DNA from: Mycobacteriales bacterium
GTDB lineage: Bacteria > Actinomycetota > Actinomycetes > JAFAQI01
Assembly (NCBI GenBank): GCA_035504215.1
Contig: DATJSI010000062.1
Location: forward strand, 31,311-95,310
Length of the DNA stretch: 64,000 bases
Direction of reading: 5' to 3'
Positions within the stretch are counted from its first letter, which is position 1, and each line of letters begins with the position of its first letter. Made by a program: the position numbers and the translations under genes. Below, in pieces: positions 29,854-38,576 of the stretch. A model generated the notes under the pieces. The model was not told the DNA's origin, did not search any database, and saw nothing but the letters and a program-made list of their open reading frames with translations.

Positions 29854-29869
29854 GCTCACCTGGGTGAGC
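29854..29869. promoter_or_regulatory. perfect 16-bp palindrome GCTCACC-TG-GGTGAGC in katE/fdhA divergent region
   Basis: Seen directly. A second inverted repeat TGGGTG-N7-CACCCA overlaps it. Candidate operator. Confidence 0.35.
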
Positions 29870-29950
29870 AGGCACCCACTCGACGCGAGCAGAGCACCGG
29901 CGCGGATCTGAGCCGCCAAGTCTCGTCCCAGCAGCAGAGGAAGGACGCCC

Positions 29951-31093
29951 ATGAAGGCTGTTGTCTACAAGGCACCGTTCGAGGTGGCCGTCGAAGAGGT
30001 CGATGACCCGACGATCCAGGATGCGACGGACGCGATCATCAAGATCACGACCGCCAACATCTGCGGGTCGGACCTGCATCCCTACGAAGGCAGGGTCGAG
30101 ATGGACGCCGGGATGGTGCTCGGCCACGAGAACATGGGCATCGTCGTGGAGGTCGGCTCGGCGGTAGGACGGATCAAGGTCGGAGATCGCGTATCGGTCC
30201 CGTTCAACCTCGCCTGCGGCACCTGCCGCAACTGCAACGACGGCTGGACCTCTGCCTGCCTGCGAGCGAACCCGTCCGGACAGCCCGGTGCAGGCTACGG
30301 ATACCCGATGATGGGCCCGTATTGGGGTGGCCAGGCAGAGCTGCTCCGGGTCCCGTGGGCCGACTTCAACCTGCTCGAGCTCCCGCCCGGTGGCCAGTGG
30401 GAGAACGACTTCACCCTGCTCTCGGACATCTTCCCGACCGGCTACCACGGAACCGAGCTCGCGAAGGTCACGCCGGGCAAGACAGTCGCGATCTTCGGCG
30501 CTGGCCCGGTTGGGCTGTTGGCGGCGATGAGCGCGAACATTCGCGGCGCCTCGCAAACCTTTGTCGTCGACTTCCAGCCCGACCGGCTGGCGCTGGCCGA
30601 ACAGATCGGTGCGACTGCGGTCAATCTCGACGATGTCGATGCGGTGGAGACGATCATGGACGCCACCGACGGGTTCGGAGTGGACTGCGGCGTCGAGGCG
30701 GTCGGGTACCAGGCACATGACCCGGCCGGCAAGGAGCACCCGTCGATGGTCCTGGACAGCTTGGTCGCTTGCGTCCATGCGACCGGAAGCATCGGCGTGG
30801 TCGGCGTCTACGAGCCCGAGGACCCGGGCGCATCGAACAAGCACGCGAAGCAAGGCCGCTACGACTTCGACTTCGGCACGACCTTCACGAAGGGGATCAG
30901 CATCGGCACGGGTCAGTGCCCGGTGAAGCGGTACAACCGCTACCTGCGGGACCTGATCATCCGCGATCAGGCCCGTCCGTCCGTGATCGTCTCCCACGAG
31001 GTCAGCCTCGACGAGGCCACCGACGCGTACGCGCGGTTCGACAAGCGTGAGGACGGCTACACGAAGGTGCTGCTCCACCCGCGCGCCGCGTAA
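29951..31093 (+). CDS. fdhA: Zn-dependent glutathione-independent formaldehyde dehydrogenase (MDR superfamily)
   Basis: Catalytic-Zn motif CGSDLH...GHE and structural Cys cluster CGTCRNCNDGWTSAC. Rossmann motif GAGPVG. About 380 aa. Confidence 0.8.
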   Translation: MKAVVYKAPFEVAVEEVDDPTIQDATDAIIKITTANICGSDLHPYEGRVEMDAGMVLGHENMGIVVEVGSAVGRIKVGDRVSVPFNLACGTCRNCNDGWTSACLRANPSGQPGAGYGYPMMGPYWGGQAELLRVPWADFNLLELPPGGQWENDFTLLSDIFPTGYHGTELAKVTPGKTVAIFGAGPVGLLAAMSANIRGASQTFVVDFQPDRLALAEQIGATAVNLDDVDAVETIMDATDGFGVDCGVEAVGYQAHDPAGKEHPSMVLDSLVACVHATGSIGVVGVYEPEDPGASNKHAKQGRYDFDFGTTFTKGISIGTGQCPVKRYNRYLRDLIIRDQARPSVIVSHEVSLDEATDAYARFDKREDGYTKVLLHPRAA

Positions 31094-31160
31094 CGTCCAC
31101 GCAGCCGGGCGGGCACGGGCAACGCTGGTGACAACGTGATGTCCGAGCCCGGCTGCGGCG

Positions 31161-33500
31161 TCACGCGGGTTCGGCGACCGCCATCTGCAGGTCGCGGAGT
31201 GGGCTGAGCAGGCCCTGCCTGGCCATGCTGATTGCTTCGTCGCGAGGCAGCGGTCGCCCGAACAAGAAGCCCTGACCCAGCTGGCATCCCATGATGGCCA
31301 ACGTTCCGACCGCGGCGGTGTCCTCGATGCCCTCGGCAATGACACCGAGGTTCATCGCGGTGGCCATGGCGATGATTCCCTCGACCAGAACGACGGTGCG
31401 AGGGTCGCTCATGCCGCTGACGAAGGAGCGGTCCACCTTGATCATGTCCACCGGCAGCCGGTGCAAGTAGGACACCGAGCTGTAGCCGACACCGAAGTCA
31501 TCGACCGCGAGGACGGCGCCCGCGTCGCGTAGCGCGGTCAACGCGTCGAGCGCGACACTGTCGCCGATCATGGTGGATTCGGTGAGCTCGAGAACGAGGC
31601 TGACGAGCGGGTACGCGCGCGCGAGGTTGGCGACCTCAGGAACCAGGTCGGCGTCTTCGAGCTGGAGGGGCGAGACGTTGACGGCGATGCTGAAGGCACG
31701 CTCGGCCTGCATCGCCATCTCGCGCGCGGTCTCGACCGACTTGCGGAGCACCTGATGCCCGAGCCGGGAGATGAGTCCCATCTGCTCGGCCAGCGGGATG
31801 AACACCTCCGGGTTGATCGCGCCCAGCCTGGGATGAGTCCAGCGGGCGAGAGCTTCGAAGCCTTCCACTCGTCCGGTGGCAAGTTGGACGACCGGCTGGT
31901 AGTGGACCTCGATCCGGTCCTCGTCGATGGCCTGGCGAAGGTCGTCCTGGAGTTCCAGGCGGCGCAGGGTCTCGCTGCGCAGGTCGGTGTGGAACAGGTA
32001 GAGCCCGCCGCGATGCCGCGACTTGACGTAGTACATCGCGGTGTCGGCGTCGCGAAGCAGCTCCTCGCCGGTCTCGGCACCTGACGATACGGCGATCCCG
32101 ATGCTCACTCCGATCCGCAACGTCGCGCCGTCGATGTGGAAGGGTCGCCGCAGAGATTCGAGGATTCGATCCGCGATCTGTTCGGCGTGCGCGGTGGTTC
32201 CCGCGTCGTCGACGAGGATGGCGAACTCATCTCCGCCGATCCGGGCGGCCGTGTCTCCCGCTCGCAACAGGTCCTTCAGTCGTTGCGCGACGGTCACGAG
32301 AAGCCGATCGCCGACAGTGTGCCCGTACCGGTCGTTGATCGCCTTGAACCCGTCTAGGTCGCAGTACAGCAAGGCGACCGTCGTACGGCGGTGGGACAGC
32401 GCGTGGTCGAGCCGCTCGGCGAGCAGGACTCGATTCGCCAGTCCGGTGAGCACATCGTGACGAGCGAGGTAGGTCATCTCCTCGGTCATGCGCTGACGAT
32501 GCAGCGCAGCCTGGCCCAGCGCGGCCAGCGCCGTGAGTGTCTGGCGGTCGCCGTTGTCGAAGCGGTAGGGGGAGCGGGTGTGCTCGGCCACCAGGTAGCG
32601 GTCGGGCGCTCCTGGCGAGGACACCAGTGCACCGATCGCCGGCAGGGGCGGCGACTCGGCTCGGAACGTCACTCTCGTTCGACGCAAGATCCGTTGGGCC
32701 GTGGTGGTCAGGACCCGCTCGACCTGATCGGTATCCAACCAGTCCGGAGCTTCGGTGGCCGCTTCGAACAGGCCGGACAGTTGAAGTTGGGCCAGGTGTG
32801 ACTGGCTGACCGAACGGACCGCGACGAGGATCGTGCCGATGGGAACGAGCAGCAGCGCCAACGTCCATGTCGACTCGTCGTGGTCGAGCAGAGCGGCGAG
32901 GTAGCCGAGGGTGTCGACGCCGACGAAGCAGGCCAGGCCGAGCCACATCGACCGCCATGGCGCTGCGCTGCGAAGCGAGGTTCTGTGCTCGATCGCCAAC
33001 GACACGCTGGTCGTGAGGAGGTCGAAGAGGAAGTAGCAGGAGCATCCGAGCATCAGGAGCCCGAGGCGCATCGGCGACAACACCGTGAGCTGCGGGCGAA
33101 GCGTCGCTACCCACGCCGCTGCGCCGCCGCCGAGGATGGTTACGCCGATGTTGAACAGCCGCGTCTGCATGCTGGTTCGGGTGAGTGCCTGTGCGGCGAG
33201 CTCGCCGATCGACCAGAAGGCGAGCGCTTGGGTCACCGGCACCGTCAACACCAGGAAGACGAGTGCGCTGGCCTCGAAGCCGATCACGACGTCGCCGGTG
33301 TCCTCCTTGGGACGGAGCACCAGCGGATAACGCGACAGTACGGCGACCAGCGGGATGGCGGCGACGGCCTGGAGGCTTCGATCCGTGCCGGCGAGTGCCC
33401 AGTGCAGTACGCAGAACAAGCCGAGGGTTGAGCCGGCGAGGAAGACACCGACATCGAACCCTTTAGACGACCATCGTCTAGCAGCCACGCCGGCCATCAC
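31161..33500 (-). CDS. membrane-anchored diguanylate cyclase/phosphodiesterase (GGDEF + EAL)
   Basis: About 8 N-terminal TM helices, RIGGDEFAIL GGDEF motif and EALARW EAL motif. Confidence 0.85.
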   Translation of the reverse strand: MMAGVAARRWSSKGFDVGVFLAGSTLGLFCVLHWALAGTDRSLQAVAAIPLVAVLSRYPLVLRPKEDTGDVVIGFEASALVFLVLTVPVTQALAFWSIGELAAQALTRTSMQTRLFNIGVTILGGGAAAWVATLRPQLTVLSPMRLGLLMLGCSCYFLFDLLTTSVSLAIEHRTSLRSAAPWRSMWLGLACFVGVDTLGYLAALLDHDESTWTLALLLVPIGTILVAVRSVSQSHLAQLQLSGLFEAATEAPDWLDTDQVERVLTTTAQRILRRTRVTFRAESPPLPAIGALVSSPGAPDRYLVAEHTRSPYRFDNGDRQTLTALAALGQAALHRQRMTEEMTYLARHDVLTGLANRVLLAERLDHALSHRRTTVALLYCDLDGFKAINDRYGHTVGDRLLVTVAQRLKDLLRAGDTAARIGGDEFAILVDDAGTTAHAEQIADRILESLRRPFHIDGATLRIGVSIGIAVSSGAETGEELLRDADTAMYYVKSRHRGGLYLFHTDLRSETLRRLELQDDLRQAIDEDRIEVHYQPVVQLATGRVEGFEALARWTHPRLGAINPEVFIPLAEQMGLISRLGHQVLRKSVETAREMAMQAERAFSIAVNVSPLQLEDADLVPEVANLARAYPLVSLVLELTESTMIGDSVALDALTALRDAGAVLAVDDFGVGYSSVSYLHRLPVDMIKVDRSFVSGMSDPRTVVLVEGIIAMATAMNLGVIAEGIEDTAAVGTLAIMGCQLGQGFLFGRPLPRDEAISMARQGLLSPLRDLQMAVAEPA

Positions 33501-33716
33501 CTCTTAGAGCCCTATCGGGCGATGTGAACCTCCGACTGACTAGCCCGAACAGCCCATCGGCCGCGTCAATGCATTGGTACCCTCGTCTCGCTTCCGGCCT
33601 GAGGCGGACAGCTCGCGCGCCGTTGCGCCTCCCAACGCTGGCGTCCAGCGGGATGCCTCGGCTCGAGAACGTGCACTGACGGTGTTGCGTCGCTTCGTAC
33701 GGGTAATCCCTTTTGT

Positions 33717-34004
33717 ATGCACACTCGGCGCTGCGCGCTCCTGCTCATCAGCCTCGCGACGGTGGCTGGATGCGGCGCTCACAGTGGCAATGGGAACGGC
33801 GTCGACACGAACGGTGCGTCTGCCTCCCCGCGTGCATCGGCGAGTTGCGATCGCGCCCCAAAAACCGACTGTGACGCTGTGGCGAGCACGCCGCCGGGAG
33901 CGCCAATCGCGTCTCCCAGCGCTGCCTCCCGGCGCACCCAGCGCCATTGCGGACATTCCGCCAAGCACCGGAGGAAGCGGCAAGAGCGGTGTAAGCGCCA
34001 CTGA
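33717..34004 (+). CDS. small putative lipoprotein
   Basis: MHTRRCALLLISLATVAGC signal peptide with lipobox. Arg-rich tail makes it uncertain. Confidence 0.3.
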   Translation: MHTRRCALLLISLATVAGCGAHSGNGNGVDTNGASASPRASASCDRAPKTDCDAVASTPPGAPIASPSAASRRTQRHCGHSAKHRRKRQERCKRH

Positions 34005-34056
34005 TGGAGGTCGAGGCCCTTCTCTCCCAGTACGGATACAGGAGGCTCCGACCGTC

Positions 34057-34494
34057 TTACGGGAGGGCAGTCGGCGCTCTTACGCTGCTGTCCTCGCCAT
34101 CGGCGGGAATCGATCTGGCGTGGGCGAGCGCGGCAGCAGTCACGATTCCGGTAGGCCTGCCGTTCTCGATCACGGGGGCCCGACGCGTCGATCGCGCGTG
34201 CAACAGGGCGATAGCCTCCGTAACGGTCGCGCTGCAATCGATCGTTAACTGGTGCCGCGGGCAGATCTCGCCAAGGCGTGTCTTGGTCGGATTGCGGCGC
34301 TCCACAATCGCACGGACGATGATGTCCCAGTCGGTGACGACTCCACGGACCGTGTCGGCATCGTAGACGATGACGTCGGCGACGCCGGCCGCGGCCATTT
34401 TCTCTGCCGCATCGGCGAGCGACGCGAATGCCGACAGGCTGACCGCCGCGGCGGTCGCGACCTCGCTGACGTATCTCGGTCGTGCCGAACTCAC
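34057..34494 (-). CDS. CBS-domain pair protein
   Basis: Two CBS motifs (GVADVIVYDADTVRGVVTDWDII, GIVTAAAL). Confidence 0.7.
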   Translation of the reverse strand: MSSARPRYVSEVATAAAVSLSAFASLADAAEKMAAAGVADVIVYDADTVRGVVTDWDIIVRAIVERRNPTKTRLGEICPRHQLTIDCSATVTEAIALLHARSTRRAPVIENGRPTGIVTAAALAHARSIPADGEDSSVRAPTALP

Positions 34495-35113
34495 GGCCGG
34501 GTCTCACTTTGGCGAGGCAGCTGATCGCGTCGTCGATGGGGTGGGTTCCGGGCCCGACCGGGGAGGCTACGGCCGAGAGCCTGGCACCGCTGGTTGGCGA
34601 AAGTCCATCGCAGCAAGGGTTGCACGGCGTTCGCGATATTGATCCGGCGCTGTGCTTGCACGACGAGTGTGTCGCCTCGTACGGCGCTCGTAAACATGTC
34701 CTGCGATGGCGTTGGCGCGTGCACATGCGCAGAGCGACGAGTACGCCGGCCCAGGCTGGATACGACAGCCAGGAAGGAGAGAGGAGACTCGCGATGCGCG
34801 CCCGTCCACCTGGTTACGCCGAGATAGATCAGCGCATTGTGGATTTCGAAGTCATGGCCCTGTCCTTCGATATACGCCACCGCGCTGCGATCACTGTGTG
34901 CGAGTTCATGGCCCGCAAAGGCAGCGGCCCTGCGGAGATCGGCGAGGTGTTGGCGGCGTTGGGGCTACATGATCTTCTTCGGGACCGGGCATGCCCCTAG
35001 GCGGCCTGCGCAGACAAACACCATGATGAGCGCCGCCCACGCGAGCGCGGTCAGCCATACCGGCGGCATCCAGCCCTCGTTCCTCGTCGGATGACCCGGC
35101 ACGCCTTTAGGTG

Positions 35114-35356
35114 CTACGAGGCCTTCGACTTGTACTGGAGCCGGCGGCGGGCCTCGGTCTCGATCGCGTGCTGATAGGCAGCGAGATCCGGCAGATGTCC
35201 GGCGGCGGTGCCTCGCGCTTCGCCGATCTTCTCGTAGACGATCGCTGACGGCACCTCAGGGAACTCAGCGAGAAGTGTGTCGACCGCTGCGAGCAGTGCT
35301 CTGCTGACCTGCGCAAGGGCTGTCCGATGGGTTAACTGTGATGAGGCCATGTGCAC
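35114..35356 (-). CDS. small hypothetical helical protein
   Basis: 80-aa ORF with no family recognised. Plausible codon usage. Confidence 0.35.
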   Translation of the reverse strand: MHMASSQLTHRTALAQVSRALLAAVDTLLAEFPEVPSAIVYEKIGEARGTAAGHLPDLAAYQHAIETEARRRLQYKSKAS

Positions 35357-35547
35357 CCCGAGCTGTACGTCCGGTCGGCCGTCCCCCCCAGAAGCCGACC
35401 ATATTGATAGGTCAACCGCGTGCTACTGAAGTACCCGATCATACGACCGCCATACCTCGCGCGCGGAACGCGTCGCACGAACGGCCACGCGTTTGCTGGG
35501 GCAGGAAGCGGCTATGTCGTCGTTGTCACGCCAAAAGGAGGTATTCG

Positions 35548-35784
35548 GTGCCCAGCAAGTCAGCCAACGTGAAGAACGAGAAGCAGTACGAGGCGCTCAA
35601 GGACAAGGGAATGTCCAAGCAGCGGGCTGCTCGGATCGCGAACTCCGAGGGCGCCTCTGGTCGCGGCGGGCGTTCGAGCGGTAGCTCCGGCAGTAGACGA
35701 TCAACGGCGAAGCAGGGTGGAACCACCGCCCAGAAGAAGGACGCCGGCCGTAAGGGCGGCAAGGCCACCGCTCGGAAGTCCTAG
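35548..35784 (+). CDS. small basic conserved actinobacterial protein (SANVKNEKQYEALKDKGMSKQRAARIANS family)
   Basis: GTG start 8 nt after AAAGGAGG RBS. The N-terminal motif is widely conserved in actinobacterial small proteins. Gly/Ser/Arg-rich tail. Confidence 0.5.
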   Translation: MPSKSANVKNEKQYEALKDKGMSKQRAARIANSEGASGRGGRSSGSSGSRRSTAKQGGTTAQKKDAGRKGGKATARKS

Positions 35785-35799
35785 AAAGGGCACCCTTCG

Positions 35800-36444
35800 G
35801 TGACCGTGTGGTCCGCACAGTCCGATCAGGGGCGCCCACCCGATCGGTCGTTTTCGGTCCAGGTCGTGCCACGGCCGCTCCCGAGTCCGTTGCCGCTCGG
35901 GTTCATCGGCCTCGCCGGTGCCACGCTCACCGCGTCCGGGCTCCAGTTGCACTGGATCCCATCGTCGGGAGCCGACTGGATGACGGTCGGCCTGATTCTC
36001 ATGGTCTTTCCCGTGCCGTTGCAGGCGATCGGTGCGGTGATGGGCTTCGTGGCGCGGGATGCTGTCGCAGCGACCGGGATGGGTGTCTTGGCGGCTACCT
36101 GGCTGGCGCTGGGTGCAGCCATGTTCACCGGCGTACCCGGCCAGTTGAGTCCCGGGCTTGGTCTGCTGCTTATCGGTGCGGCCGGCGGGCTGCTGGTCCC
36201 AGCGGCGGTCGGCTCACTGACAAAGGGCGTGGCGGCGACAGTGATGGGTCTGGCGTCGTTGCGCTTCGACTTGACGGGCGCATACGAGATTGCGGGCACA
36301 GAGGGTTGGCGCTTGGCGGCAGGCGTGTGCGGGCTGGTCTTGTTCGCTGTCGCGCTTTATGCGGCGCTCGCATTCGAAGTCGAGTCGAGCTACGGCAGGA
36401 CCGTACTTCCGACCGGCCGACGTCCGCACCTTGAGCCGCATTGA
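35800..36444 (+). CDS. GPR1/FUN34/YaaH-like membrane protein (putative acetate/succinate channel)
   Basis: Six TM helices. N-terminal PLPLGFIGLAGAT resembles the NPAPLGL signature. Confidence 0.5.
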   Translation: MTVWSAQSDQGRPPDRSFSVQVVPRPLPSPLPLGFIGLAGATLTASGLQLHWIPSSGADWMTVGLILMVFPVPLQAIGAVMGFVARDAVAATGMGVLAATWLALGAAMFTGVPGQLSPGLGLLLIGAAGGLLVPAAVGSLTKGVAATVMGLASLRFDLTGAYEIAGTEGWRLAAGVCGLVLFAVALYAALAFEVESSYGRTVLPTGRRPHLEPH

Positions 36445-36517
36445 GCGCAAGTTTCGAGGGGGAGGATGCCGCGGCGCATCACGAGCCTCGCATGCGACGA
36501 CGGATTTGAGGCCAGGC

Positions 36518-37174
36518 TTACGACCCCAGGTAGCGGAGGACGGCGAGCACGCGCCGGTGGTCGGCGTCCGAGGGCGGCAGGTCGAGTTTGGTGAAGATGT
36601 TGGCGACGTTCTTCTCGACCGCTCGCTCGGAGATCACGAGGCTGCTGGCGATGGCAGCGTTCGACCTGCCTTCGGCCATCAGGGCGAGGACATCGCGTTC
36701 TCTGGGCGTGAGCGTCTGAAGGTCGTCGGTACGCCGGGTGGCGCCGAGCACCTGTGTGACGACCTCGGGGTCGAGAGCGGTGCCGCCGGCTGCCACCCGG
36801 GCCAGCGCGTCGACAAACTCGCCGACATCGCCGACGCGGTCCTTGAGGAGGTATCCGATCCCGGCGGCACCGCGGCCGGACGGCGCAGTGAGGAGCTCGG
36901 CGGCGTGGCGGGTCTCGATGTACTGGGAGAAGACGAGCACTCCGGTGCCGGGGTGGTCGCGGCGGATGGCGATTGCTGCCCGGACCCCTTCGTCGGTGTA
37001 GTCGGGAGGCATGCGCACGTCCACGATGGCAGCGTCCGGCTCGTGCTCGTCGACGGCTGCTCGTAGCGCCTCTGCATCGCCGACCGCGGCCACCGTCTCG
37101 TGTCCCCGGTCGGCCAGGATCTCGACGAGCCCGGCGCGGATAACGGCGGAGTCTTCGGCGATGACGACCCGCAT
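36518..37174 (-). CDS. NarL/LuxR-family response regulator
   Basis: REC domain (IAEDSAVIRAGL...DVRMPP) plus LuxR HTH (LTPRERDVLALMAEGRSNAAIA). Confidence 0.85.
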   Translation of the reverse strand: MRVVIAEDSAVIRAGLVEILADRGHETVAAVGDAEALRAAVDEHEPDAAIVDVRMPPDYTDEGVRAAIAIRRDHPGTGVLVFSQYIETRHAAELLTAPSGRGAAGIGYLLKDRVGDVGEFVDALARVAAGGTALDPEVVTQVLGATRRTDDLQTLTPRERDVLALMAEGRSNAAIASSLVISERAVEKNVANIFTKLDLPPSDADHRRVLAVLRYLGS

Positions 37175-37191
37175 TCGACGTCCCCTTCGGG

Positions 37192-38085
37192 TCAGACTCG
37201 GGAAGGCAGTACGACGGTGACCACGGTCGGGCCGCCGGCCGGGCTTTCGACCTGCAGCCTGCCATCGACGGTGTTGACCCGCTCGGCGAGGCCGGCCAGG
37301 CCCCCGCCTGGGACGAGCCGGGCGCCGCCTGCGCCGTCGTCGCTGACGCGCATTGTCACGAGGCCGGGCTGGTGCTGCACCTGCACCGTGGCGCGCCGGG
37401 CACCGCTGTGCTTCGCCGCGTTCGTCAGCAGCTCCGCGGCGCAGAAGTACGCGATCGTCTCGATGGCAGGGGACGGACGATCAGGAAGGTCGACGACCAG
37501 CTCAACCGGCAGGTCGCTTCGTTGTGCGAGGGCGGCGAGGGCCGCATCGAGGCCTTCATCCAGGGCGGGCGGGTGGATGCCCCGCGCGAGGTCACGAAGC
37601 TCCGCGATCGCCTCCATGGCTCCGTGGCGGGCGGCGTCCACCAGCTCCAGCGCTCGATCGAGATCGGTCCCCTCGGATCTGGCGGCCGAGGCGCTGAGCC
37701 GGTCGCGAGCAAGCCCCAGCTTCATGACCACGGCGACCATCTGGGCCTGCGCCCCGTCGTGCAGGTCCTGTTCGATCCGGCGCAGCCGGGCGGCCGCATC
37801 GTCTACTACGAGGGCGCGAGACCGTTGTAGCTCGTGGACGCGCTCGAGGTTCTTCGGGGCATCCCGGAGCAGATTCCACCGTGGGACGAGGTAGGCGAGC
37901 GCGCCGTTCAGTGCAGCCGGCAGCAAGAACAGCGCGCCCAGCCAGTAGCCGAAGGCCATGAGGACTGCCGCGGCGATCACAAAGCCGACCGCCCCCACCC
38001 AGCGGCTGATCGCCACGCCCTTCACGTGCTTGGCCCCGAACGCCGTGAAGGTGCCTCTGGCCTCCGAAGGGCCTGCGCCGGTCAT
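37192..38085 (-). CDS. sensor histidine kinase (HisKA_3/HATPase_c) with 2-TM N-terminal module
   Basis: H-box LHDGAQAQMVAV, N/G boxes in the C-terminal half. Start set at the internal ATG (MTGAGPSEARG...). The upstream part of the track ORF is Arg/Ser junk. Confidence 0.8.
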   Translation of the reverse strand: MTGAGPSEARGTFTAFGAKHVKGVAISRWVGAVGFVIAAAVLMAFGYWLGALFLLPAALNGALAYLVPRWNLLRDAPKNLERVHELQRSRALVVDDAAARLRRIEQDLHDGAQAQMVAVVMKLGLARDRLSASAARSEGTDLDRALELVDAARHGAMEAIAELRDLARGIHPPALDEGLDAALAALAQRSDLPVELVVDLPDRPSPAIETIAYFCAAELLTNAAKHSGARRATVQVQHQPGLVTMRVSDDGAGGARLVPGGGLAGLAERVNTVDGRLQVESPAGGPTVVTVVLPSRV

Positions 38086-38340
38086 TGTCGAGACGCTACG
38101 CCGAGAGGTGGGCGTTGTTCGTCGCGTCCCGGAGGTTCCAGCGCGGGACCAGGTAGGCGAGCGAGCCGTTCGCGACCGCGGGCAGCAAGAACAGCGCGCC
38201 CAGCCAGTAGCCGAGCGCCATGAGTACTGCCCCGGCAATCACGAAACAGATCGCGGCCACCCAGCGGCTGATCGCCACGCCCTTCACGTGCCGCGCCCCG
38301 AACGCCGTGAAGCTGCCCCTGGCGGCGGACGGAGCCATCC
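37905..38340. repeat. about 200-bp tandem duplication (about 85% identity) of the HK 5' end
   Basis: 37905-38090 aligns with 38145-38340 on the same strand. Seen directly in sequence. Confidence 0.5.
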
Positions 38341-38377
38341 GCCCGGTCGATCGTTGGTGCTCGCGTTCGTCGTACAT
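38096..38377 (-). CDS. stand-alone small membrane protein paralogous to the HK N-terminal module
   Basis: 93 aa. FTAFGARHVKGVAISRWVAAICFVIAGAVLMALGYWLGALFLLPAVANGSLAYLVPRWNL is about 80% identical to HK residues 10-80. Own ATG and stop. Confidence 0.45.
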   Translation of the reverse strand: MYDEREHQRSTGRMAPSAARGSFTAFGARHVKGVAISRWVAAICFVIAGAVLMALGYWLGALFLLPAVANGSLAYLVPRWNLRDATNNAHLSA

Positions 38378-38576
38378 GACTGCCTCCTTTGATCCTCGCT
38401 AGCAACCGTCGTGGTCGCCTGTTCCAGGTTCGCAACGAACGGGGGAGACGTCTGTCGTGCAGACACCCGAATCGGGGGTACGGCTAGCACGACCAGCACG
38501 ACCCGGGCTGGGTTGCTCACTCGCTGGCCGATGACGAGGTTCGCGCCTGCGGCGCGATCAGCGTGTCCGACTGGCC

